A stretch of 64,000 nt of DNA, taken from Gekko japonicus. Taxonomy: Eukaryota. The first letter of the stretch is position 1, and every line of letters starts with the position of its first letter. The stretch spans positions 110,178-174,177 of the forward strand of contig NW_015168732.1 in NCBI RefSeq assembly GCF_001447785.1, read 5' to 3'. The notes beneath the pieces are model-generated. The model was not told the DNA's origin. It did no database searches and saw nothing but the letters and a program-made list of their open reading frames with translations. The position numbers and the translations under genes are program-made. Shown here one piece after another: positions 34,980 to 47,579 of the stretch.

Positions 34980-35733
34980 AGTAACAATAGGCAGAACAAT
35001 AGGCACAGAGGCAAGATCAGTCTGGAGTCAGAGATCAAAGGTCCAGTCCAAGGGTCAGGGTAAGGAAGGTTAAGGATTCAGGGGTCTGGTTCCAGAACCT
35101 GGGAACACATGCAGCATACAGGGTCTGGGTCCCAGGCTGTAGGAGTAATCATAGGCTACCAGAGACAAGGTACAAGGCAGCAAGTCAGGGTAGAGCTCTG
35201 TTTCTTAAGCAGGTTATCTTCACAGAGGTATGGCAAGCAAGGTTGCTTCCAAGGTTATCTTCACAGAGGTATGGCAAGCAAGGTTGCTTCCAGCAAAGCT
35301 CAGCATGTTCTTTTTATCTGCCTCCTTTACTGACTCATTCCCCGCGACCCAGATGTCGCTCCTTACAGTTGCATTCATCTTCCTACAGATGCATGTCTTT
35401 ACTGTTTCCCTATCAGCCTTTCAGTCCTCATCCTACAAGGATTCCACTCCAAGAATTAACACTGATCATTCCTGTGCAATCAGGTGAGTGCTTCATCTTC
35501 TTTCTAGAGCTGTCAAGCACTCTCTCCTCCAACGCTCTGCTGGTTTGGGAGAGGGCAGTGGAGATGGAGATGCTGGCCTCTGTGGCACCTCTTTCTTCTC
35601 CTGGAAGAGTGCTTCCCAATTCTTCCCCCATTGGGTCTTCTGCTAGACCCAGGTGCTCAGGTGGGGATTCCATTGGTGCAGGGCCCAATTCTTCTGATTT
35701 CCCCGAGGTGGTGGCAGCTGGCTGGCCCATGAC
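34980..35733 (-). mobile_element. Gypsy-type LTR on the minus strand
   Basis: Starts TGTCATGGGCCAGCC; same organisation as the 33136 LTR (purine-rich U3, pyrimidine-rich U5); internal 41-bp tandem duplication at 35210-35292. Confidence 0.6.
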
Positions 35734-36302
35734 AGTTGCTCCTGAGCCCTCACTTAGGCAGAATACGATCCCTCCACAAAAATGTTGATTCCAGGTTTCC
35801 TCCCGGAACAACTCAGCTCACAAATTAGACATAGGCTTTCCTTCAGGGGGAAAAGAAAACCTTGCCAGTACAGTGGGGAAAGACACTTAGACTTTAAAAT
35901 TCTTGTTTTTGATATAATTTATCAATAACTTAAAGAAAATTTATGAGGGCTGAATTAAGAGCTGTCCTTGTCCAAACTCCACACTCTCCCCTATTGCAAA
36001 CTTTGATTGCAGCTCCAGCTGTTTTCCTGCCAAATCTTGGTGGGCTGAGAAAAGCAGGGGGGAAAGAGCCAATATCAACAATAACTAATTTGCATTTAAT
36101 ACTGAAGCTTTTGTGGAAGAAGGTTCAAAGGACAAAAAACAAACAAACAACACATACATTTTATGCCAGTTTTTTTGCTTGCTTCATAGATAACTTGTTG
36201 TTTTGGGATCAACAAACAGCTTTACTTGTAATACTTATTTGGGGCTTTAGCTCTCATAGTGTATGAATCTTAGATGTTCCCATGAAAATGTGGGAAAGGA
36301 CT

Positions 36303-36518
36303 TAGGGCTGCCAACTTCCATGTGGGGCTTGGAGTTCTCCCAGAATTTCAACATATCACTGGTTAGAGATCAGTTTCCCTGGAGGAAATGACAGCTTTGA
36401 AGGGCAGCCTCTCTGGCATCATATTTTCACTAAGCTCCCTTCCTTTTCCAAACTCTGTGCCTCCCTAGCAAGGCCCCCAAATCTCCAGTAATTTCCCAAG
36501 CTGGAGTTGGCAGACCTA
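36303..36518. mobile_element. hAT-like MITE (TAGGGTTGCCA-type TIR)
   Basis: tagggctgccaac ... gttggcagaccta; TSD imperfect. Confidence 0.65.
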
Positions 36519-37004
36519 AAGGGCTGCGGACCATGGGTTTTGGGTGTAGACAGAGCAGACCTTGTGATATGCAAGCCTGGGCTAAAAGAAAAGAACCCAT
36601 GAGAGCAGAGGAAGGGAGGACAGCTGAGTAAAAGAAGGCTAGAATCACGAGTGTGCAGGTGGGACTGGGCTGCCAGGGCAGAAGAGCCAGGAATACTTTT
36701 TAGTCAAGGGGGTTGCATACTAGGGGGGACACAAAATGATAATTAGTAAGAAAACCGTGTGCTTCCCCCCTCCTCTTTTTGGGAAAGATCTGACTCTAGT
36801 GATTATTTTATTCATAGCTATACTGTACAGTGTTTTATGCAAAATCTTAATTGCAAACAGATCGCTGGCCAAACTGCACAGTGCTAGAGTGCAACCAGTA
36901 GTGATACCATTTATATAAATGTTCCTTTTAAGAATGTAAATATTAGAATTCCTAGAAATGAAGAGATAAGGAACTGCCTGATTCACCACCAATGTGTAAT
37001 ACTT

Positions 37005-37122
37005 CCTCACTGGTGGACCTCCTGATGGCACTGGTATTTCTGGCCACTGTGTGATACAGAGTGTTCAGCTGGATGGGCCTTTGGCCTGATCCAACATTGG
37101 TGTCTCTTATGTTCTTATGTTC
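37005..37122 (+). mobile_element. CR1 3' tail
   Basis: Near-identical to 60190-60300; (ttcttatg)n end. Confidence 0.9.
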
Positions 37123-37540
37123 ATTTAGGGCTGCCAGACCCCCCGGACTTTTTTGGGACTTCAACCTGCCCGCCGGCCAGCCCTGCCCCCAAGCCTGCAG
37201 CCACCCCCTCCCTTCCCTCTTGAGAGATTTAAAGGGCTGAAAGTTGGAGGGCCCTTTAAATTTTGCAGAGGGGAGGGAGGGGGGCGGCTGTGGGCACACA
37301 GGGCCCCACTGGCTGGAAGCACTTAAAGGGTCCCTTTAAGCACTTCCAGACGGCGGGGACTGGTCCTTCACACCCAGTGCCAATTGGAGATTGGGCGCTT
37401 GGGTCCCTGCCGGCTAGAAGTGCTTAAAGGATCCCTTTAAGTGCTTCTAGCCGGCGGGGACTGGCCCCATGTGATCATCCAAGATCACATCCTCTGTTAA
37501 CTTAAAATTCTTTCATCAACACTAATCTTAGGTTTTTTTG

Positions 37541-37642
37541 GACAAAGTTTGTGTCCAGTGGCCCCTTTAAGACCAACAAAGTTTAATTCTGGTATAAGCT
37601 TTTGTGTGCATGCACACTTCTTCAAATACATGAAAGCTTATA
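37541..37642 (-). mobile_element. Penelope/Neptune-like terminal repeat fragment with a degenerate hammerhead; inverted partner at 39112-39205
   Basis: Minus strand reads tTGAAGA-a-gtgtgc-at-gcacac-aAAA-gctta (two core mutations). Confidence 0.55.
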
Positions 37643-39100
37643 TTTATTTTTATTTGTTTATTTATTTATTTGACTTATATCCCGCCCTTCCTCATGGGCT
37701 CAGGGTGGCTGACAGGAGGCAATTGCCATACATAACAATAAAAACCAGATAAAACAATCAATTACATTTACACTTAAAATTGGTGCTCGCAAAACAACAT
37801 CCAAGCTGGGGTCTCCAATACAATGGTTCAAAATTCTACTAGCTCTACTTGATCAGTCTGCGCTATGTCCGTTCTTCAGTTCCAGGGCCAGCTCGCATTG
37901 CCAAAATTGGCAGCGCGGTGATGGTACAGTGATGGTGGCGGCTCCTACTCAAAAGCCTGGCAGAAGAGCTCTGCCTTGCAGGCCCTGCGGAACTGCATAA
38001 GGTCCCGCAGGGCCCTGATCTCCTCTGGGAGCTCGTTCCACCAGATAGGAGCCGCCACTGAAAAAGCCCTGGCCCTAGTCACAACATATTTGACATCTCT
38101 AGGGGCTGGAATAACCAGAAGATGTTTCGCCCTCGACCGTAGTGCCCTTGGGGGAACATATGGGGAAAGGTGGTCCCTTAAGTAAGCTGGACCATGGCCA
38201 TATAGGGCTTTATAGGTAAGAACCAGCACTTTGAAGCGGACCCGGTACGGTATTGGCAGCCAGTGCAGCGCCTTCAGCGCAGGCTGGACGTGGTCTCGCC
38301 TAGAGAGGCCCATCAACAGCCAGGCTGCTGCATTCTGCACCAGCTGCAGCTTCCGGATCTGCGACAAAGGCAGCCCCATGTAGAAAGTGTTACAGTAGTC
38401 TAACCTCGAGGTGATCATCACGTGGATCACTGTGGCCAAGTCATCGCGGTCAAGGTAGGGAGCCAACTGCCGTGCCAGCTGCAGTTGATAAAAGGCTGAC
38501 TTGACAGTGGCTGCAACCTGGGCCTCCATTGTTAAGGCAGAGTCCAGGAGCACTCCCAAACTCCTAACCCTCAGCTCCGGCACCAAAGGCACCCCGTCGA
38601 AGGCCAGGAGAGGGAGCCCCAACCCTGAACCGACCCGACTTAAGCCCAGGACCTCTGTCTTCGCCAGGCTTAGCTTCAGCCGACTCAGCCTGAGCCAACC
38701 AGCCACAGCCTGAAGTGCCCGATGAAGGTCATCCGGGTCGGAATCCGACCGGCCGCCCAACATTAGATAGAGCTGGGTGTCATCCACATATTGATGGCAC
38801 CCTAGCCCATAACTCCGAGCAATCTGGGCGAGGGGGCGCATATAGATGTTGAATAATATTGGGGACAGCACTGCCCCCTAAGGCAGCCCACACTCAAGAG
38901 GATACCTCCGGGAGCGCTGATCCCCAATTGCCACCCTCTGTCCCCGACCTTGGAGAAAAGAGGCAAACCATTGAAGGGCAAGACCCTGAATCCCCACGTC
39001 GGCAAGGTGGTGGGTCAGCAGCTGATGGTCGACCGTAACGAATGCGGCCGACAGATCTAACAACAGCAATGCTGCCACACCACCTTGATCCAGATGCCTT
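37643..39100 (-). mobile_element. L2 LINE, 5'-truncated (RT domain to 3' end)
   Basis: LLLLDLSAAF.TVDH; LSPILFNIYM; YVDDTQLY; SRLDYCN; LHWLP; WNELP; (taaa)n tail. Confidence 0.95.
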
Positions 39101-39719
39101 TGGTCTCAAGCTGGTCTCAAACTTTGTTCTGTTGCTTCAGACCAATACAGCTACCCACCCGAATTGATCAATTCAGACCAATATGGCTGCCCACCCGAAT
39201 TGATCTTAGGTTCTTTTGTTTTATTTCCATTATCATACTTAATGCAGCACTGAAAGCAAACGTTGGCTTTAATTTTCCTTCTCTTGCCATTATAGCTTCT
39301 GTTCTGGGTAGCATCTTACTAATTTTGTTCTCCTCTGAAAGGTTTCCCAAAGTGTTTGTCTTTTAAAAGCAAAGTTCATACCTTTGAAGAATTCTGTTTC
39401 TCCTTACAGACCATTTTAATGACCACCTCAGTTCTTTCCCAAATTGCTGCATACGTTCTTTACCTGCCCCCTTTTTTCTAGCATGCCACATCCTCTGAAG
39501 CAATGAACTGCAAGAACTGAAAGATATATTCAGTTAACACCCACAGGGTTCTCAAAATATTTGTTGACTGAAATGTGTAGATAAGAACCAAGATATCCAG
39601 ACAGATGTCTGGCTTGAGCCATAATGCCTACTCTTTATGTATTGCCTTTATGTCACTTTCTAGAGGTAATTAGCAGATTCCAGGTTGCATTGTTTTTGCA
39701 CATCATCTCTCAAGCTACT

Positions 39720-40185
39720 TAAGAACATAAGAACATAAGAGAAGCCAATGTTGGATCAGGCCAATGGCCCATCCAGTCCAACATTCTGTCACACAGTGGC
39801 CAAAAATACCAGGTGCCATCAGGAATTTTATTTCCATTATCATAATGCAGCACTGAAAGCAAACATTGGCTTTAATTTTCCTTCTCCTGCCATTATAGCT
39901 TCTGTTCTAGGTAGCATCTTACTAATTTTGTGGCTAATAGCCACTGATGGACCTCTGCTCCATAAGCTTATCTAATTCCCTTTTGAAGCCGTCCATGCTT
40001 GTAGCTGCCACCATAAGAACATAAGAACATAAGAGACGCCAATGTTGGATCAGGCCAAAGGCCCATCCAGTCCAACACTCTGTATCACACAGTGGCCAGA
40101 AATACCAGGTGCCATCCGGAGGTCCACCAGTGGGGCCAGGACATTAGAAGCCCTCCCACTGTTGCCCCCCCCAAAGCACCAAGAC
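39720..40185 (-). mobile_element. Two tandem CR1 3' fragments, the first containing a templated local insert
   Basis: (cataagaa)n tails at 39720 and 40013; homologous to the reverse of 60015-60300. Confidence 0.9.
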
Positions 40186-41674
40186 TGGTCAGATGACTGG
40201 CTTGGTGCAGTCTGGGAGGGAAAGGCAATGACTTCTTCCCTGGTATGTGGTCCTATCCTGGGTCATCTGGTTTTTCACTGTGAGAAACAGTATGCTGGAC
40301 TAAATGAACAGCCATGCTGTTCTTATGTGCGTAGTAAGTGGCTAATACAAAAATCTGTATTCAAATGGCGCAGCCCAATGGGACACAGGATAGTGGTATT
40401 TGTGATCTTGAAAATATTTTTAAGCACTCTATGTAATAATCTTTCTAATTTTTTTCATGTCTAACATATATAGGGAGAAGTCCACATGCCAATAAAGGTT
40501 ATCTATCTATCTAGGGAGGTCTCACTTTTTCACATCTCATAACAGCACAGTCATTGGCTATGAAGAGAAATGCACTGAATTTATTCTCTGTTTTCTAAGG
40601 TAGTTGTAGATGGGTTTGGTGACTTTGAACATGTAACATTCCTCCAGCATTTTAAGGTTTGCTGCATGGGGGGGGGGGGAGCTGCCACCATGTGCACATC
40701 CCAGCTGGATGCTTATTCTGGGTCAATGCACACATTTTGAAAGTGCTGCCACTTGGCATGTTTCATCCGGTTCTCTTGCTTCTTCCCCTTGTTTGCTTTA
40801 AACCCATCCTGCATGCAGTCTGTAGCTTGCAATTAGCACTACTTAATAGCTGTTAAATAGGGTAATTGGCTGTTATCCTCACAGAGGTGTTCCTTCAGCA
40901 GCTGATATTTCTCAGTGCATCAGGGCTAGCTAGTAGTTGAGTTCTAAGAGGGAACTTAAAGTGAAATTCAATTAGTTCCTTGCTCTGAAAACCATGGGTT
41001 CCTTCCTGACCTGCAATTTTTTGGGATGAATTTTCACATATCTGTTTTAGTAAGTAGCAATGAAGAACAAATTGTCAGAGATCACAGATTTCCACAGGGA
41101 GGTATTATAGAGGTTCACAGATTTTCAGAAAGAGATGATGAAGACTTTAAATGTTGTTTGCTAATTGGTTTGTTCTCCTGTAGTGTACCATATGTGAGAA
41201 GAAAGAGTTGGAAATGCCAAATGAAGAAAATTGCTAAGGGAGTGGAATCATACATGGTCTGAGGGTGGTTCTTACTCATAATTTGCTGTTACTAAGATGG
41301 TTCACATGTCTTCCTTAAAGCATATTTACTGAGGTTGTTTCAGGAAGCATGGCTGATTTGGGTCATGAGAGTGGAACAGCTTTGCTATCATTTCATTCTG
41401 CATTGACTAATTTTTAAAAATCTATTTAACTATTTTTAACTATTTATGACCTTGCATTTCTTCCACACAACTCAAGGCAGTATACTTGGCATGTACAAGA
41501 TTTCCAGGAGGTCTCCTTATTCAAGTACTGACAAGCTCCAGTCCTGTATAGCTTTAGCATTAAGTGCATCCAGAATTGTCTGTATTACCCGGCTTGAAGT
41601 TATTCATAGCAGTTCTGTGGTTGAAACTAAGCAGGTAAAATGTAAAATGCTGGAATGGAAGATTTCCTTAGAAC

Positions 41675-43268
41675 CAGGGGTCTTTTCGTAGAAAAAGAGC
41701 TGCAGGAGCTCATTAGGTTATGGTATGCTAATGAGCTACTAGGCTATTAGCATACTAGCTCATTAGCATATGCAACCCCCCCTGACATAACCAGAAGTGA
41801 TGTCAGAAGGGGAAGCAAAGGGGGGGAGGCATCTTCAAAAGCCTCCCCTTGGGGGGGGGAGCGAAGAGAGAAGGGGTTTAAACTTTAAACCCCTTCTCAC
41901 TAGAGTTGGGCAGCAGAAGGAGGAAAGAAGGAAGGAAAGAGAGAGAAAATAGAGAGAAGGAATGAAGGAAGGAAAGATTGAAAGCGAAGGAAAGAAGGAA
42001 GGAATAAGAAGGAAAGAAGGAGGGAAAGAAATAAAGAGGGCAAACAGATGGGGGGAGGGGGGAGGCTCTCCCACCATCCACTCTCACAATCAAGCCTCCG
42101 CCACCCCCGCAGATCCCTCACTTACCCTGGGAGGTGGCGGTAAGCCTCTTCTGGCCTCCTCCGAACCTCAGCGCTCTGGCACTGGCCAGAGGAGGCGGAG
42201 GGGGGCTCTTCTTGCCTCCTCCGCGCCTCAGCACTCCGGCGCCGGCCGGAAGAGGAGGAGGCGGGGGCTCTTCTGGTCTCCTCCATTCCTCAGCGCTTCG
42301 GCACCGGCCGGAGGCGGTGGTGGGGGACCTCCTTGACTCCTCCAGTCCTCAGTGCTCCGGCGCTGGCTGGAGGCGGCAGCAGGGGGGCTCTTATTGCCTC
42401 CTCCATGCCTTAGCGTTGCGCGCCGGCCGGAGGCGGCGGCGGGGGGCCTCTTCTTGCCTCCTCCGCACCTCAGTGCTTCGGCACCGGCCGGAGGCGGTGG
42501 CGGGGGACCTCCTTGACTCCTCCAGTCCTCAGTGCTCCGACGCTGGCTGGAGGAAGCGGCGGGGGGCCTCTTCTGGCCTCCTCCGGGCTGCAGCGCTCTG
42601 GCGCTGGCTGGAGACAGCGGCGGGGGGCTCTTCTGGCCTCCTCCGGGCCTCAGCACTCCGGCGCCGGCCGGAGGTGGCAGTGGAGGGGCTCTGCTGGCCT
42701 CCTCCGTCCCACAGTGCTCTGGTGCTGGCAGGAGGAGGCGGTGGGAGGCTTGTCTGGCCTCCTCCATCCCGCAGCACTCTGGCGCTGGCTGGTGGACGCA
42801 GCGGGGGGGCTCATCTGGCCTCCTCCGGGCGGCAGCGCTCTGGCGCTGGCCGGAGGCGGCGGCGGGGGCTCTGCTGGCCTCCTCCGTCCTTCAGTGCTCA
42901 GGTGCTGGCCAGAGGAGGCAGCCAGGGGCTCTGCTGGCCTCCTCCGTCCCGCAGTGCTCTGGTGCTGGCTGGAGGATGCGGTGAGGGGGGCTCGTCTGGC
43001 CTCCTCTGGGCCACGGCGCTGTGGCGCTGGCTGGAGGACGCAGCGGGGGGGCTTGTCTGGCCTCCTCCGGGCTGCAGCACTCCCGCGCTGGCCCGGGGAG
43101 GCAGCAACGGGCCTCCCTGGGGCCACAGCACTCCAGCCTGGGCCCCAGTAGGCCGGTGACAGGCCGTAGTGGGAAAGCTTGGGGCGGGGCTTGCTGCCGC
43201 CATCATTTTGCAAGCTCCTGGGCTCCCGGAGCAGTGCTCCGGCATGCTCCCGCCCCAAAAGACCCCTG
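41675..43268. mobile_element. Non-autonomous hAT element carrying a GC-rich ~59-bp minisatellite (42130-43110)
   Basis: Perfect TIR caggggtctttt / aaaagacccctg; perfect TSD cttagaac (41667-41674, 43269-43276). Confidence 0.93.
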
Positions 43269-44179
43269 CTTAGAACCATCTGGATGGTATTCTTAGAGAC
43301 ACTGTGATGAAAGAAAAAGTATCCTAGTATTTCAGTTCAAAGTGAAGAGATACAATGTCTCTGACGCCTCCTGGCATGGAGACTCTTTCATGCTGCACTT
43401 GTCCTGACCATGTGAAGTATTTGGTGTATGTCAGCTGAGATAATTAATCTTTCTGAATTATAGGTCAGGTTGCATGAAGCAACATAGCAGAACAGCCAAC
43501 AGCGCCTTACCTACTTTTTCTGCTTTTATTGTATAGTATAGTCACCCTATTTTGCATACGCACAGATTCTTCCCCTAGTGTAGAATACTTTGTTTATGAA
43601 ATTATACTCTTGTCATGGTTGATAAAGATATACTGCATCTATTGATAAAGGTGCTTTAGCCTCCTCTGGTGCTCTGAGATCTTCCTTCACATTTCCATAA
43701 GTCTGCTTTTACAGCTCCTGCTTCAAGCCCAAACTGATGACCTGAAGCTTCTGCCCCCACCATTCTGTATAAAGGTGTCATAGCTGTAGAATTCCATCTA
43801 CTGTCCAAATGAGATGGCATCCTTGGGAATCACAGAAGAGCAGCACAGCCCTGGCCAGCCTTGTTCTGATCATCAGTTGGTAGCAGAGCATTTCATCTCC
43901 CTGTATGTGCTTTTGTCACAAGCCATTGGATTAGCACATACATCAAATGGGATAGGCCACCTTTTTCAATTGCAGGAAGTTCTCAAGAGATCATTCAAGT
44001 ATTTTGGAGACAATCTGGAAATAGTTTCTCTTTTAGGAACGTAATTCTCCACATGACATTTAATTAATGTTTGAGATTTGCTACTGCAAGATTTTATAAT
44101 GGCCCACTTTACAGTGGGGTGAGACAACTTCACCAAAGGCAAGTTGACTAACAGTTATTAACTGTAGTGGCTACCTCCA

Positions 44180-44850
44180 TTTATTTATTTTATCTATTTT
44201 TATTTACAAAAGTTATACCCCACTTTTCTGCCCCCACGAGGGCCACCAAGACAGCTAACAAATTAGAACATATGTAATAAAATCACATTTTAAAACCATT
44301 TAAAACCAACCACCCCAGAAAAAACACACATCATTAGAACAATTTAAAATGAGTTAAAAGACATGAAAAGAAATAACAACAGCAATTAAAACATTGGGCA
44401 GAAAGGAGGGATCACTGAGGGAATGCCAAACAAAAAAAGTCTTAACTGACTTGTGGGAGATGGAAATAGAAGGGGACAGACAAATCTTCCTGGGGACAGA
44501 TTTCCAGAGTTTTGGTGCCACAACTGAGAAGGTCCTCTCCTTGACACTGGAATATGGACATATATGAACGTATGAAACTGCCTATACTGAATCGGGCCCT
44601 TGGTCCATCAAAGTCAGTATTGTCTACGCAGACTGGCGGTGGCTGTTTAAGGTCTCAGGCAGAGGTCCTTCACATCACCTACTGCCAGATCTTTTAACTG
44701 GAGATACCAGGGATTGAACCTGGGACCTTCTGCATGCCAAGCAAATGCTCTACCACTGAGCCACAGTCCCTCCTGAGTTGCTGCCAGCCCAATCTCCGAA
44801 GGTGGGGGTGCCTGAAGCAAGGCCTCCAAGGATTACTGTAGTTGTCAGGC
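44180..44850 (-). mobile_element. L2 3' fragment interrupted by a SINE
   Basis: (taaa)n tail; ttccagagttttggtgcca and gaagcaaggcctc similar to 11190-11290. Confidence 0.7.
44560..44770 (-). mobile_element. tRNA-derived SINE, Squam2-like
   Basis: Minus strand gggactgtggctcagtggtagagcat..ggttcaatccc (A/B boxes) plus gtagacaatactgac..gatggacc tail. Confidence 0.85.
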
Positions 44851-45224
44851 CTCCATTCTCAGAACCAGTGTGCTACTGAACACCAACTGCTGGAGGTAAG
44901 CAGTGGAAATAGATTATTGCCATATTGCGTTAATTGTGGGTATCTCCATGGCAACTGGTTGGCAACTGTGGGTAACAGGATACTGGACTAGATAGATCTT
45001 TGTTCCAGTCCAGCAGTGTTTTCCTCACATTTTGATAAACACTTTTGGGCAGTCTAGAATACATAGAACATGTTGACCCGGAATAAGTTTATTTCTTTTA
45101 TTAAAATGAGATTTAACCATCCCTCCTCCATCTCATTTACATGCCAGAGTTTCATTAGGTCAGGGTTTTTTAAATCTTCTTGTATTAGCATCAATGTTAG
45201 GACTTTGAACAGTTGACTGTAAAA

Positions 45225-45512
45225 TTTATTTTATTTTATTTTATTAGGTTTATATCCCACCCCGTCCCCACATTGTAGGCTCAGGGCGGGTTCCAACATA
45301 CAGGTCTGCAATTTATGCAGATTTACATTTAAAATATGTAAAATCAAAATCATCACATACTAAAGCAACAATGCCTCAAGAGAAAGCATTGTGGTCCCAA
45401 TCCGTCTTCATGGATCTGTGGTCACTGGAGGGGAGGCCAATCAAGTGGACGCCCGCTGCCTCAACTAAAGGCCCGGCAGAAGAGCTTCATCTTGCAGGCC
45501 CTGCGGAACTGT
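45225..45512 (-). mobile_element. L2 3' fragment
   Basis: cagaagagct..ttgcaggccctgcggaactg matches 37960-37995; (taaaa)n tail. Confidence 0.8.
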
Positions 45513-47579
45513 AACTGTAACAAAGAATTTGCAGTTTCTTTCTCTTATTATTTCACCAAAAGAGGCTAATTTGTTTTTGGTACACAGACATGATGGATCA
45601 CATAAAGCAATTTTTAATGTCACCAATATTTTGGAGGTCAGTCAGTACTGACAGTGGGAAATATGAAGCCGGGAGGAGTAATATCTTTATAATGGTAACA
45701 ATCACTACTGGTACTTTAGTCCTGCTTTAAATTAGAGAAGCTAGTCACTCATTATGTCTTTTACAGGGTGTTTCTTGCAACTCTTTATGGAATTACAGAT
45801 GCTCATAGTAACCAGACAGTGTCAAAGTCAAATATGTTGTAGGAATCTCTTGGTAGTGTTCTGATACCACCTTGCCTACACAAAATTACTTAGTGGCAGC
45901 TGGGTTGGGGGGCACTGTTTCAATAGCTGGTGTCAAAGATACAGGAGTGATAACTGACAGCTTCAAGACTGCTGTATCAATGGGCAAATAATTTCACATG
46001 TTTCAATCTTTATTTTCTGTTTTCGTGCTTTTTGCCTTAGCAGAATTTATTTTGTAAGTGCCATTAACACACCTGGATCTGCTACCATAATTTACATATT
46101 CTGTCTTGTGTCCTCCCCCCCCCAATAGCATCTCCAGTACCTTATGTCTTTTACTAATGATAAATCATGGGACCATTTCACAATTTGAGGTCCAAGTACT
46201 GGCAATAAATTATCACCACTGGACTTTTCTTTTCAAAATTGATTAATAGCACAGTTGCAACCTTCCTAAGCAAGAAAGATTAATTATGTTCACAGTTAAA
46301 AAGTGTACTAATGGGGGGCATCTACCAAGCAAAGCTATCCAGCATTTAAAGTATTTTAAATGAAAACTATGTTGTCACTGACTGGAGTTCATTGCAAAAG
46401 ATGGGCTGCTAATTTTTTATTCACTTGTAGAAATAGTATAAGTGGGGAACCCATGAGGGCCCATGATGCAGGGGAAATCCCATCCTTTTCTTGCTGACCC
46501 CCACTTCTTACCCAGGGTTTCTGAAAGCCACGATGGGCCTCTGGACAGAAATTCCATCTCCTACCCCCCCTCCATTTGACCCTGATCCAAACCAAGTATC
46601 ATAACAAATCACTTTACTTGCTGTTACCATTATTCTATAATGATAAAAGAATTGACCTGTCTGTCCATCTGTCCATTTATGGCAGGCATAATTCAACGGA
46701 CAATAAAGCTAGGAGATTCAAAATTGGCCACCAGCTTCAGGATGATTGTGGAAGTTCTAAGGCCAAAACTGAAAGGCATGGAATATCCTGGCCCAGGTGA
46801 GACACCCCCATGCCATTTGCAATGGAAACTAAGGGTCTCCATTTGTGGCAGGCATAACTCACCAGAAAATAATACTGCACGTTTGAAAACTGCAATGCCA
46901 AAAATGAAGGGAATTGGAACACCCTGAACCAGGCTATCTTTATGATAGGCAACATGTAATAAGAGAGCTTTTAAACAACCTGTCATGTGTCTCTAATACC
47001 CAGATCAACAATCCACCATGGAAGGTTGGTGGGTGACACATTCTCAGCCAGGGTTGTTGTGACGATAAAATGGAGGGCAGGAGAACAATTCATCTTTAGA
47101 AACACATTGGAGAGAAAGACTGGGAATGACATTTGGTATAACTCTAGGTTTTAATGACATATAATTTCATACAGCAAAGTAGCATTTATAAAGGGCTATT
47201 AAATCTTCCACCAACACAATCATAATGATAACAACCCAGTGTCTGAACTGGGAGTACCAACTTGTTTTCCACATGTATAACCACTAAAACAGATTAATGT
47301 TCCATTATCATGCATGTAAAGGGGGGGGGAGGGAGGAAACATCCTTCTACTACTTTGTTAGATCTTGGGTAAACATTATCTTCCCCCATCCCTGTTCATA
47401 ATATTAACAAACGTTTGCTACAATACTACTATTAAGTACATTCTGATGGCAATTAGGTTAGGGATGAGAAGGACCAAGACTTGAAAATAAATGGGGAGGG
47501 AGACACAGAAAAATTAGGTAGAGGAAGAAATGATGAGAAAGGAGTGGAAAATACAGTTGTCAAAGTGAGAAGTGATTGA

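Noticed and set aside
37592-37632. Second functional hammerhead
   Set aside because: Core mutated (CUGA>UUGA, GAAA>AAAA) and antisense to CNIH3.
42134-43296. Multiple long Gly/Ala/Pro/Arg-rich ORFs on both strands
   Set aside because: By-products of a GC-rich minisatellite inside a TSD-flanked hAT element.
44695-44770. tRNA gene on the minus strand
   Set aside because: It is the head of a Squam2-like SINE and continues into SINE body and tail.
46640-46990. Short ORFs over a repeated tggcaggcataa motif
   Set aside because: No recognisable domain, TIR or TSD; cannot support a call.
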